From IMG/VR virus record IMGVR_UViG_3300023174_005338, positions 1 to 64,000 of that record: DNA of 64,000 bases; one strand, written 5' to 3'. The notes under the pieces were generated by a model. It was not told where the DNA came from, did not search any database, and saw only the letters and a list, made by a program, of their open reading frames with translations. The translations under genes were made by a program, and so were the position numbers. Positions 50,119-58,794 of this stretch are shown here, piece by piece. How positions within the stretch are numbered: position 1 is the stretch's first letter; every line of letters starts with the position of its first letter.

Positions 50119-51314
50119 CAAACAAAATTGAACACTGTAGTTTTTGCGACAAACACAAGGATCTGGTTGGCAAATTGATTGTGAGTCAGGCAGTGGCCAT
50201 ATGCAACGAATGTGTGGCCTTGTGTGACAATTTGTTGAAAGACGTCAAACCCTCTACAAAATCCAAATTTAAACAGATTGGTGTGTTGGATCCCTTGGAC
50301 ATATTGATGTACCTTGATGAATACGTGATTGGACAAGATCAAGCCAAACGAGTGCTGGCAGTTGCCATTGCCAATCACTATAAGCGTATCAGCCGACCTG
50401 GCACAGATCTACAAAAGGTCAACATAATGATGCTTGGTCCCACCGGTACCGGAAAAACTTTGTTGGCTCGCACAGTGGCTCGATATTTGCAAGTGCCATT
50501 CGTGATTGCAGATGCAACTTGTTTGACCGAAGCAGGTTATGTAGGCGATGATGTAGAAAGCATGATAGCCAGATTATACACTGCTGCCAATGGAGATGTA
50601 GAAGCCTGTCAGCGTGGCATTGTGTTCCTGGATGAAATAGACAAAATTGCTAGAAAAGGCGAAAGTGCCACAGTCAGCCGAGATGTCAGTGGCGAGGGCG
50701 TGCAACAGGCTTTGCTCAAACTGATTGAAGGCACCCGTTGTAGGATTCCAGCACAAGGCTCTAGAAAAAATTCTGGCACAGAAATGATTGAAATAGACAC
50801 TGCCAATATTCTGTTTATAGCCAGTGGTGCATTTGTGGGTCTGGAGAGAATCATACAGAATCGAGTACAAGGCACTGCCATGGGATTTGGTGCACAGCTT
50901 GACCGCGCCATTGAATCAACCATGGAGAAAATTATACCCGACGATCTGGTCAGATATGGCATGATTCCAGAATTCGTGGGCAGATTTGGTAGTTGTGTGA
51001 ATTTACATGATCTTGACAAGTCTCAGTTGATCAATATATTGACACAGGTCCGGGGAAACTTTGTCAAACAGTATCAATGGCTGTTTGAAGAAGACGGAGT
51101 TGAACTCAACTTTGATGCAGAAAGTCTGGATATCATTGCCGAACGCACACTGAAAAGCCGAACTGGTGCACGTGGCCTGCATAGCGAACTTGAACGAGTG
51201 TTGTTGCCGCACATGTTTGATTTGCCACGCTATCGACGTCAAAATATACTGGCCGTCACGATCAATAAAACCCAGGTAAATACACCCATGACACTGGCAC
51301 AGGAAAATTCGTGA
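50115..51314 (+). CDS. clpX: ClpX unfoldase
   Basis: Zinc-binding [38 protein letters not shown] loop, TGARGL. Confidence 0.95.
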   Translation: MTNKIEHCSFCDKHKDLVGKLIVSQAVAICNECVALCDNLLKDVKPSTKSKFKQIGVLDPLDILMYLDEYVIGQDQAKRVLAVAIANHYKRISRPGTDLQKVNIMMLGPTGTGKTLLARTVARYLQVPFVIADATCLTEAGYVGDDVESMIARLYTAANGDVEACQRGIVFLDEIDKIARKGESATVSRDVSGEGVQQALLKLIEGTRCRIPAQGSRKNSGTEMIEIDTANILFIASGAFVGLERIIQNRVQGTAMGFGAQLDRAIESTMEKIIPDDLVRYGMIPEFVGRFGSCVNLHDLDKSQLINILTQVRGNFVKQYQWLFEEDGVELNFDAESLDIIAERTLKSRTGARGLHSELERVLLPHMFDLPRYRRQNILAVTINKTQVNTPMTLAQENS

Positions 51315-51532
51315 GAGAGTACAAGAGATCGGTAGTTGTCAAGGACGACAACGTGGAACGTGCTCTGCGCAAGTTCAAGAAAAAGATACAGGAATCCGGA
51401 CTCTTGGATGAACTGCGAGGTCGCGAAACCTACGAAAAACCCACCACTGAACGCAAACGCAAAAAAGGTGCGGCCCGTGCCCGCTGGCGCAAACGGCTGA
51501 GAGATCAGCAGTTGCCCAAAAAACTCTACTGA
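51311..51532 (+). CDS. rpsU: Ribosomal protein bS21
   Basis: [13 protein letters not shown]...[15 protein letters not shown]. Confidence 0.93.
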   Translation: MREYKRSVVVKDDNVERALRKFKKKIQESGLLDELRGRETYEKPTTERKRKKGAARARWRKRLRDQQLPKKLY

Positions 51533-51533
51533 T

Positions 51534-51758
51534 GTGTTTGTAGAATTTGCATTGCCGCAGGACGAAAGCTACGGGTTCGTTTTAAATCTCGTTCGTCTTG
51601 ACATTGTAGATTGGGCAACTCGCTACAACATTCCTTACACACAAAAAACAATAAAATATACGCATAGACTGGCCTTTGACCAAGACCGTTTCTATACTGT
51701 GTTTGCCACGACTTGGAATAGCAAATTTGATTATCGACTCATTGACAGACGGTGGTAA
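51534..51758 (+). CDS. Hypothetical protein
   Basis: 74-aa ORF filling the gap. Confidence 0.55.
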   Translation: MFVEFALPQDESYGFVLNLVRLDIVDWATRYNIPYTQKTIKYTHRLAFDQDRFYTVFATTWNSKFDYRLIDRRW

Positions 51759-51772
51759 ATGTGTTATAAATA
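51742..51772 (+). promoter_or_regulatory. Overlapping sigma70 (TTGACA-17-TATAAA) and late (TATAAATA) promoters for hsp20
   Basis: Both motifs read directly. Confidence 0.65.
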
Positions 51773-51776
51773 TATT

Positions 51777-51837
51777 ATGTAGATGCCGATGGTCGGGTCT
51801 ACATAATGTCACTTGCTTATTAAAGGAGAAAACAATG
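51777..51837 (+). promoter_or_regulatory. ROSE-like RNA thermometer 5' leader
   Basis: Hairpin ATGTAGA..TCTACAT, then TTGCT-TATTAA-AGGAG pairing with the SD of hsp20. Confidence 0.6.
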
Positions 51838-52275
51838 ACAAAAATCACAGCTCTGGACCTCAGTCCATTTTATCGCAACTCAATTGGTGTAGATCGTTTG
51901 TTTGGTCGTATCATGGACCAGATTGATCATGCCAGCACCAACAACTATCCACCCTACAACATACTCAAGACCGGCGAAGATACCTTTGAAATACAGGTAG
52001 CAGTAGCAGGCTTTGGCCAAGGTGAGATTGATGTTGCTGTCAAAGACGGCGAACTTGTTATCACAGGTGAAAAACAACCCGAAGCCATGTTGGTAGGTAC
52101 TGAGTACCTACATCAAGGTATCAGTGCTCGTCGTTTTATACGCACATTTACCATGGCCGATTACGTAGAAGTAGTCTCAGCCGAGTGCAAAGACGGTATC
52201 CTTACAGTGTGTTTAGAACGCCGTGTGCCCGAGGCCATGAAGCCAAAGACCATTGCGATCACCTACGCAAACTAG
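51835..52275 (+). CDS. Small heat-shock protein Hsp20 (IbpA-like)
   Basis: IGVDRLF, YPPYNI, AVAGF, YLHQGIS.R.F.R.F, DGIL. Confidence 0.95.
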   Translation: MTKITALDLSPFYRNSIGVDRLFGRIMDQIDHASTNNYPPYNILKTGEDTFEIQVAVAGFGQGEIDVAVKDGELVITGEKQPEAMLVGTEYLHQGISARRFIRTFTMADYVEVVSAECKDGILTVCLERRVPEAMKPKTIAITYAN

Positions 52276-52333
52276 TATAATGTAGTAAATACAGTGGAGG
52301 GCATGGGCTCTCCACTACTAACAAGGATCCACG

Positions 52334-52642
52334 ATGTCGCAAGCTGGCACAGTCACAAAAACAAAAATCAATCACGACATGGCAGAACCACCCATGTTCA
52401 AGGTCATTTATCTCAACGACAATGCCACACCCATGGACTTTGTGATAGAAACACTGATAGACAGTTTCAACTACAATCAACAGACAGCAGTGCAGATCAC
52501 ACATGATATACATGAAGCAGGAAGTGCGGTAGTAGCTGTGCTTCCTTATGAAATAGCTGAACAAAAAGGCATAGAAGTCACAGTGCAAGCTCGCAGCAAC
52601 AACTATCCTTTACAGGTCAAACTGGAACCTGAAACAGTCTAA
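52334..52642 (+). CDS. clpS: ClpS N-degron adaptor
   Basis: PPMFKVIYLNDNATPMDFV, IHEAG, EIAEQK, YPL. Confidence 0.92.
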   Translation: MSQAGTVTKTKINHDMAEPPMFKVIYLNDNATPMDFVIETLIDSFNYNQQTAVQITHDIHEAGSAVVAVLPYEIAEQKGIEVTVQARSNNYPLQVKLEPETV

Positions 52643-53434
52643 TCAAATTTCTATCACTATTCTTTGTGGGTAATAAGCCTGTTGACACCACGTAGTGTGG
52701 CCACGTCCACGAGGATTGCTAACATATCTGATTCCGTTCAGATCTCGATCCACAGGTCTATGATAGTGCCCAAAACACCAGGTGTGTATTTTGTTTTCCG
52801 TATCTTTGCTCAGCACGCCAGAGATGTAACTATTGCCCATGCCGTTGTATCTCCAGTTGCCTATCAAGTCCGGATCATGTGACACAATCCAAGGAGCAGG
52901 CACAGTATGGCTGACTATGACCATGGCTCTTACTTCTCTGTGTGTTTGCAGTTTGCGTACACTGTTGATCATGTAAGCGGCATCATTGTAGGCCACTCCT
53001 GTTATGTTCGTGGCTGCGGCATTGTCTATTCCATGATGATCTTGTATGGCCTGCACACTGGATTCTACATCCATGCTGGGATCAAAATCATAGGTCCACC
53101 AACCATTGGTTCCTAACAGAGCCACGCCGTTGATTATGATCACATTGTCCTGCATGTAAACTACATTTTTTATGTGTTTGAGATCTGCGTCCAGATCCTT
53201 GTAACTGGCTCCCAGATCATCAAGATAATCTTTGTGTTCTTCGTTGCCGTCCACATAAAACACACCACCTGGATAACATTGACCAAGATGATCCAAAGTA
53301 TCCAACAAGCGTTCGCGGTTGCGGGCCACATCTCCGGCAACCACACAATAAGGACTGGTGGCCTGTCCGGCCCAGTCAAATGTATTCCAGGTTTCCACGT
53401 GTAGATCAGAAATTAAATCAAAGGCAAATTGCAT
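52643..53434 (-). CDS. Calcineurin-like metallophosphoesterase
   Basis: SDLH, AGDV, GNEEH (variant of GNH), SH, GHYH, NPRG. Confidence 0.85.
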   Translation of the reverse strand: MQFAFDLISDLHVETWNTFDWAGQATSPYCVVAGDVARNRERLLDTLDHLGQCYPGGVFYVDGNEEHKDYLDDLGASYKDLDADLKHIKNVVYMQDNVIIINGVALLGTNGWWTYDFDPSMDVESSVQAIQDHHGIDNAAATNITGVAYNDAAYMINSVRKLQTHREVRAMVIVSHTVPAPWIVSHDPDLIGNWRYNGMGNSYISGVLSKDTENKIHTWCFGHYHRPVDRDLNGIRYVSNPRGRGHTTWCQQAYYPQRIVIEI

Positions 53435-53460
53435 GATAACTATTTACAGAGGATTTGATC

Positions 53461-53811
53461 ATGAACATTATATTCAAAGAAAATTTACCAGCCACCGAGC
53501 AAAAATACACAGTGTTGGATCTGGATACTTTTGCCTTGCCCGACGGGTCATTGCACACTGCCTGTTGCGTGATTGAAAACATACCCATCGTTGAACTGGC
53601 AAGCACTGAAAATTTGAAAGAACTTCATGACAACTTGATCAAAAATTATGCCTTGAAAAACTGGAACTATTGTGAACAGGCCATAGAACATCTCATGGGC
53701 AAATGGGGCGGTGAGGTAGACAGTTTTTATGCTGAATTAAAAACACGCATAGGTCGGTTAAAAACACAGGATCTAGACGATAGTTGGAGCCCGGTTATAC
53801 CAAAAAGCTAA
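53461..53811 (+). CDS. Stand-alone homologue of the adenylyl cyclase C-terminal tail
   Basis: YTVLDLD...LH..LI..Y...NW...FY..L..RI...DDSW aligns by eye with the C-terminus of 58795..60810. Confidence 0.6.
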   Translation: MNIIFKENLPATEQKYTVLDLDTFALPDGSLHTACCVIENIPIVELASTENLKELHDNLIKNYALKNWNYCEQAIEHLMGKWGGEVDSFYAELKTRIGRLKTQDLDDSWSPVIPKS

Positions 53812-53859
53812 TCTAGATAAATACCCACATAACAACAAGACTCTAAAAAGGAGCTAAAA

Positions 53860-54138
53860 GTGGGTGAATTTTTCAAGCTAGTCGCAGAACTAGGATTTCC
53901 AATAGCGGCAGCAATCGCAGCCGGATACTTTGTATTTCTCACATTGAAGTTTATTCTTGCTGGTGTAACCAGCAGTGTAAAAGGCATGGCCGGCATCATC
54001 GGCGCCTTGGACAAGCGTGTGGCCACCATGAATCATGATGTTATGCGCATTGACACAAAAGTTTCGCATGCGCTGGGTCTACAACCTGACTTGGATCGCA
54101 TAGCTCGAGCTGAACAAAGTGACGCCAGGAGAGACTAA
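53860..54138 (+). CDS. YvrJ/holin-like membrane protein
   Basis: GFPIAAA.G.F TM plus coiled coil; paralog of 54761. Confidence 0.7.
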   Translation: MGEFFKLVAELGFPIAAAIAAGYFVFLTLKFILAGVTSSVKGMAGIIGALDKRVATMNHDVMRIDTKVSHALGLQPDLDRIARAEQSDARRD

Positions 54139-54279
54139 TGAACACTCAAGAGCGCTGGAACTACATTGCCAACAATGAAGAAATTATTCGTCAATACATG
54201 GCCATGCACGATGAAGAAGTCAAAACTCGTCAGCTGGTAAAGTTTTTAGACAAACAACCACCCCGACCAGAGGCACCCG

Positions 54280-54474
54280 ATGAGATACTATGATTACGAG
54301 TGGGATCTGGAACCCAATAGAATTCTACTAGATGCTGAACTCAATGTAGATGCATTGGGCTGGAAAGCCGGCGATTATTTTAAAGTTGCCAATGTTAATG
54401 GTCGTGCCATGTTGGTCAAAGTAGATCCACTGGAAAAATTTTTAAGAGACGGAGTTGGCAATGAAAAGATATGA
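54280..54474 (+). CDS. Small hypothetical protein
   Basis: LGWKAGD motif (AbrB-like); flanked by further small ORFs 54138..54293 and 54461..54583. Confidence 0.55.
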   Translation: MRYYDYEWDLEPNRILLDAELNVDALGWKAGDYFKVANVNGRAMLVKVDPLEKFLRDGVGNEKI

Positions 54475-54573
54475 TCCTTATCGTTTACCAATCAAACAAA
54501 TCTGGACCGACGGGGATTTGGCCAAGTTTGCCATGATAGCATTTGTAGCTGGTATTGTTGTGGGCGTAGTAGC

Positions 54574-54759
54574 ATGCCTTTAGAAGTAACCTACGCATTC
54601 ATTGGTTTTATCCTGGGCGGATCAGCCTTGATCGTCAGCCTGTATGTTTGGCTGACCCTAGATGAAGCATTGGAAAATGGCCGGGACTGGATCAAGCTCA
54701 ATCAAGAGTTAAGACAAAAAATTGAAAGCATGGAACGATCAACACCAGGAAAGAGATAA
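54574..54759 (+). CDS. Small membrane protein
   Basis: TM plus coiled coil. Confidence 0.5.
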   Translation: MPLEVTYAFIGFILGGSALIVSLYVWLTLDEALENGRDWIKLNQELRQKIESMERSTPGKR

Positions 54760-54760
54760 C

Positions 54761-55039
54761 ATGGATATTGTAACCTTAATCAACAAATACGGATTTCCCA
54801 TAGTGGCCGCTGGCGGCATGGGCTACTTGATTTTCTACGTGTGGAAATGGGCTACCACTGAAATCAAACCTGTGCTCAGTGAAGCCAACACCACCTTGAT
54901 TGCCCTGATAGATCGTATCCGCATGCTGGACAACGACCTGATCCGTCTCAATCAAAAGGTCAATGTGACCCTGCACCTGCGTGGCCGTAGCATCGAGCAT
55001 GAACGCCTGGCTCAAGACGAAATCATCAACAAGTCGTAA
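54761..55039 (+). CDS. YvrJ/holin-like membrane protein
   Basis: YGFPIVAAGGMGY; LIDRIRMLDNDLIR. Confidence 0.7.
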   Translation: MDIVTLINKYGFPIVAAGGMGYLIFYVWKWATTEIKPVLSEANTTLIALIDRIRMLDNDLIRLNQKVNVTLHLRGRSIEHERLAQDEIINKS

Positions 55040-55090
55040 AACCATCACTTAATAGCAGTATATTTCTAGTAAATACTACCAGGAGCTAGA

Positions 55091-55531
55091 ATGAAAAAAA
55101 TAATAATAAGTGTTCTGGCCAGCGTCGCTACATCCACGGTCAGCGCACAACTGGTACATCAGTTTAACTCGCCATCCTTTTCAGGATCGGGCTACAGCAG
55201 CCATGTCTTGACCATCGAGCAACTGGAAGCCACACGCCGTAAAGCCATAGCTGATGCACAAAAAGCCGCACAGGAAAAGGCCGAACGCGATGCCAAAAAT
55301 ACCAACTTGGCCAAGTTCTTGGTCAACGTGGAAAGTCGTATCTACGCACAACTTTCAAAACAGTTGGCAGATGCCATGTTTGCCGAAGGCGGTGCCAACT
55401 CTGGCAGTTTTGATTTCCAAGGCACCAACATCAGTTATGTGAAAACTGGCACAGATGTGACCTTGACCATCATTGAGGCCAACGGAAACAGGACCGAAAT
55501 CACTGTGCCCTTGTCGAGTTTTAGTTTCTGA
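55091..55531 (+). CDS. csgF: Curli assembly CsgF-like protein
   Basis: Signal peptide, LVHQFNSPSFSG (cf. F..PSFGG), RI..QLS, G..TEI.VP; directly upstream of csgG. Confidence 0.8.
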   Translation: MKKIIISVLASVATSTVSAQLVHQFNSPSFSGSGYSSHVLTIEQLEATRRKAIADAQKAAQEKAERDAKNTNLAKFLVNVESRIYAQLSKQLADAMFAEGGANSGSFDFQGTNISYVKTGTDVTLTIIEANGNRTEITVPLSSFSF

Positions 55532-56592
55532 TGCGTAGACTACTCCTAATCCTTCTTGTTGCTGTGTTGCCTGGCTGTGCTTACATACACATGGAAGTGG
55601 CACAGGAAGAGCCTGTGAAAGTCACGCCCAAACAAAATCTCATGGATCAGTTGCCGGTGTTGGATGGACCGCCCATGACCGTGGCTGTGTACGGATTCAG
55701 AGATCTCACTGGACAGAACAAACCCAATGACAGACTGGCCTTGTTCTCAAAGGCTGTGACACAAGGTGCTGAAGTGTTCTTGATCAAGAGCCTGCAAGAT
55801 TCCAAGAACTGGTTCCGTGTGGTAGAACGTGTGGGCCTGGACAACTTGATCAAAGAACGACAGCTGATCCGCAATCAGCGTGAAGTGTATGAAGGCAAGG
55901 AAGCCAAACCACTCAAGCCTTTGACTGTGGCTGGTATCTTGTTGGAAGGTGGTATTATTGGCTATGATTCAAACATCAGGTCAGGCGGTAATGGTGCCAG
56001 ATTCCTGGGCATAGGTGGTAGCCAGCAGTATCGTGTGGACGAAGTTACTGTAAGTCTTAGATTGATCTCAATCAGTTCAGGTGAGGTCCTGATGACCAAT
56101 GCTGTGACCAAGACCATATACTCAACAGCACACAATGTGGGCGTGTTGAGATTTGTGGATGCTGGAACCAAAGCCCTGGAGTTGGAGAATGGCCAAGCTC
56201 TGAACGAGCCCACTACCTATGCTGTGCGTGTGGCCATTGAACAGGCAGTGTATGAACTGATCACAGAAGGCCAGAAAAAAGGCCTATGGAGTTACAAGCG
56301 TGCTGAGGAGAAACAAAATGATGTCAAGCCTGCTGCAACAAATGCGCCGCCTGCAACAACAAGCGGCACAGAGACAAAAACAGAAACCGCAAAAACCGCC
56401 GCAGTCACAGTAATGCGGCTGCGCGAAGCATCATACATTTATCGCGATCCAGATGAACGCAGTCAACGCACCTGGATGCTGAAGGAAAACACAGATTTGA
56501 CTGTGACACCAGGCCAGAACGGCTGGGTTGCAGTGCAAGACTCAGCCGGTCGTCGGGGCTGGGTCAAAAGCGACAGGTTAATTCAGCCATGA
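55531..56592 (+). CDS. csgG: Curli secretion pore CsgG with C-terminal SH3b-like domain
   Basis: Lipobox LPGC; VAVYGFRDLTGQ.K, AVTQG, WFRVVER.GL.NL..ERQLIR, EGGIIGYD; tail GWV.V....GRRGWV. Confidence 0.92.
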   Translation: MRRLLLILLVAVLPGCAYIHMEVAQEEPVKVTPKQNLMDQLPVLDGPPMTVAVYGFRDLTGQNKPNDRLALFSKAVTQGAEVFLIKSLQDSKNWFRVVERVGLDNLIKERQLIRNQREVYEGKEAKPLKPLTVAGILLEGGIIGYDSNIRSGGNGARFLGIGGSQQYRVDEVTVSLRLISISSGEVLMTNAVTKTIYSTAHNVGVLRFVDAGTKALELENGQALNEPTTYAVRVAIEQAVYELITEGQKKGLWSYKRAEEKQNDVKPAATNAPPATTSGTETKTETAKTAAVTVMRLREASYIYRDPDERSQRTWMLKENTDLTVTPGQNGWVAVQDSAGRRGWVKSDRLIQP

Positions 56593-56698
56593 ATGCCTGT
56601 AAATATGTAAATGCGGCAATCGCATATTATAATAATAAGGTCGCAAAGACCAAGGAGCTGGTTGGAGAATAATAAAAACAAATCCAACCTGAAACAAG

Positions 56699-57325
56699 AT
56701 GGAAAAGAGAACGACAGGCATTGGCGGATTGTCGAGAAAATTATCCGCAATTCTGATGACAGCTGCGATGTGGTCATTGGGTGCTCAGGCTAACGAAGTT
56801 TATATTGAACAGGTAGGTAGCGGTTCGACCATAAACATCACGCAACAGGGCACAGACAATCGTATCGGTGACAGCACCACTCCGGCCTACATAGGATCGG
56901 GATCAAACACAGTGACCATAGATCAGATTGGTTCGACCAACACTCTGGACATGGTGGTCAACGGTGCCGGCACAGATGTGATAGTTACAACCACCGGTGA
57001 CAACAACACTCAAACTATCAACTGTGGAACCACAACATCAGCTGGCTGTAGCGGCAGTTATATCAAACAACAAGTCACTGGAGATTCGAACACTGTGACT
57101 CAGAATCTGGGGTCGGGTGCCAATCATACCAGTGAAATCAATGTGACCGGTGATAGTAACACAGTGACTCACACCAGCACAGCCACAGGTACCACTTCGG
57201 CCAATATTACTGTGACGGGCAATACCAACACAGTGGGCGTTACTCAATCAGGAATGTTGAACAAGAGTGTCACAGTTACCAGCACTGGCAATAGCAATAA
57301 CATTAGCATTACTCAGTCTGACTAG
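56699..57325 (+). CDS. Curlin-like repeat protein (CsgA/CsgB-like)
   Basis: Signal peptide ending AQA; repeated I.Q.G..N and TG.SN.V beta-arc units. Confidence 0.75.
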   Translation: MEKRTTGIGGLSRKLSAILMTAAMWSLGAQANEVYIEQVGSGSTINITQQGTDNRIGDSTTPAYIGSGSNTVTIDQIGSTNTLDMVVNGAGTDVIVTTTGDNNTQTINCGTTTSAGCSGSYIKQQVTGDSNTVTQNLGSGANHTSEINVTGDSNTVTHTSTATGTTSANITVTGNTNTVGVTQSGMLNKSVTVTSTGNSNNISITQSD

Positions 57326-58346
57326 TTGGGCCTCAGTGGGTCGCGTGGTTGAACAGACCGGCCCCACTGAAATAGTGCGCAACAAAAAGAGTCTGAGCAG
57401 TAGTGTGAATACTCCTGTGGAGATGCTGGACACCATTGTCACAGCTCGAGCCAAGGCCAAGCTGGAGTTTGTGGACAAGACCACGGTCAACATCACTGAA
57501 CAAAGCAAGATACTCATAGACGATTTCGTGTATGATCCCAAAGCCGGATCAGGCAAGCTGGCCATGAAGATGGTACAAGGCACTGCCAGATATGCGTCAG
57601 GTCAGATAGCCAAGAACTCACCACAGAATGTAAACATAACCACACCCACTGCTGCTGTGGCCGTGCGTGGCACAGACTTTTCCATGACCGTGGATGAACT
57701 GGGTCGTAGCCTTATCATGTTGTTGCCCAGTTGCGATGCTAAAAGTTGTGTGACTGGATCAATCAGTGTCAGCAACGATGCTGGTCTAGTCATTTTAGAT
57801 GTGGCCTATCAAGTCACGGTGGTGGCCAGCTTGTCAGCACCGCCCACAGCACCCACGGTGATACAGATTGATGCCAACAACATCAACAACATGTTGATCG
57901 TGGCACCCCCACCAGCAGTGCGTGAAGCCCTACAACATATACAACAAACAGCCTTGGACATTAATTTTTTAAACAAGGATCTGCTGAAGTTTGATGAACT
58001 GGATGTGAACTATCTTGAAAAGTTCAAAAGATTGGATGTGAACTTTTTGGATTTGGATTTCTTGGTCAATTTGTTGGATCTCAGCAACAAGCAGTTGAGT
58101 GCCAGCCTAGATGCCATGAGTCGTGAAGCCAGCCTGTTACCGGCCTATGATCCTAACTCTGGACTAAGGTATTTTTTCAACGAAGATGAAAGCAAGGTCA
58201 CTGTGAGACTAAACACAGGGCACATGGCCGAAGTCACTGTGGGCGTAGAACATGATGCTGTGGTGACTATAAATCAAGCAGGATGGGCAGTTACACAACA
58301 GATCAACCGTGGCGGAACCAGTATAATTAATATTATACAACGATAA
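57267..58346 (+). CDS. FecR-domain periplasmic protein
   Basis: Signal peptide; D.I.T, F.D.T.V.I.EQS...ID.FVYDP, G..RY.SG, TPTA...VRGTDF. Confidence 0.88.
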   Translation: MSQLPALAIAITLALLSLTSWASVGRVVEQTGPTEIVRNKKSLSSSVNTPVEMLDTIVTARAKAKLEFVDKTTVNITEQSKILIDDFVYDPKAGSGKLAMKMVQGTARYASGQIAKNSPQNVNITTPTAAVAVRGTDFSMTVDELGRSLIMLLPSCDAKSCVTGSISVSNDAGLVILDVAYQVTVVASLSAPPTAPTVIQIDANNINNMLIVAPPPAVREALQHIQQTALDINFLNKDLLKFDELDVNYLEKFKRLDVNFLDLDFLVNLLDLSNKQLSASLDAMSREASLLPAYDPNSGLRYFFNEDESKVTVRLNTGHMAEVTVGVEHDAVVTINQAGWAVTQQINRGGTSIINIIQR

Positions 58347-58356
58347 GGAGATAATA

Positions 58357-58521
58357 ATGGAAGGAACCACAATCAAGACTCTGGCTGAATATATTGCCAA
58401 ATTGAATCGTGACAATGCTGAATTCTTGAAAGAATACGAAAACGATCAATTTGATACCAATGGCGTTGAACAAGATCACATAGAAACATTCTGGCCACCC
58501 AATGAGCACCCCCGCACCTAA
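58357..58521 (+). CDS. Small acidic protein (54 aa, not in track)
   Basis: AAGGAG SD; MEGTTIKTLAEYIAKL... Confidence 0.55.
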   Translation: MEGTTIKTLAEYIAKLNRDNAEFLKEYENDQFDTNGVEQDHIETFWPPNEHPRT

Positions 58522-58666
58522 TTCTCCAGCACCTTGGTGTTGTTGGCCTGGTTGCACTCGACCTGCACAGATCTACGAAAATAGAAATATCAAAGGAGTA
58601 ACATCATATCTTAAAACCTGTGGCAAACACTGGTTACCAGGTGTTCACTCCAGAGCTAATCCATAA
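58502..58666 (+). CDS. Small Cys/His (zinc-binding-like) protein (54 aa, not in track)
   Basis: CCWPGC...TCGKH. Confidence 0.45.
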   Translation: MSTPAPNSPAPWCCWPGCTRPAQIYENRNIKGVTSYLKTCGKHWLPGVHSRANP

Positions 58667-58704
58667 TGTGCGTGTTGATCTTATCCAAGCTCAACCAGTA
58701 AATA

Positions 58705-58776
58705 CTGTGTCGATATAAAAACTATAAGGAATCGACCCAGCTACATATTCAAAAGCCCCCGCGAGGGGCTTTTTTT
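58705..58776 (+). ncRNA. Candidate small RNA
   Basis: TAAATA at 58699-58704, GTCGAT/ATCGAC hairpin with A-rich AAGGA loop, then terminator; no ORF. Confidence 0.45.
58751..58776 (+). terminator. Rho-independent terminator
   Basis: AAAAGCCCC-CGCGA-GGGGCTTTT plus T-run. Confidence 0.85.
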
Positions 58777-58794
58777 ATCTAAGTTAAATATAAC

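Noticed and set aside
56636-56660. c-di-GMP-I riboswitch suggested by GGTCGCAAAGACC
   Set aside because: Lacks the rest of the two-stem GEMM architecture
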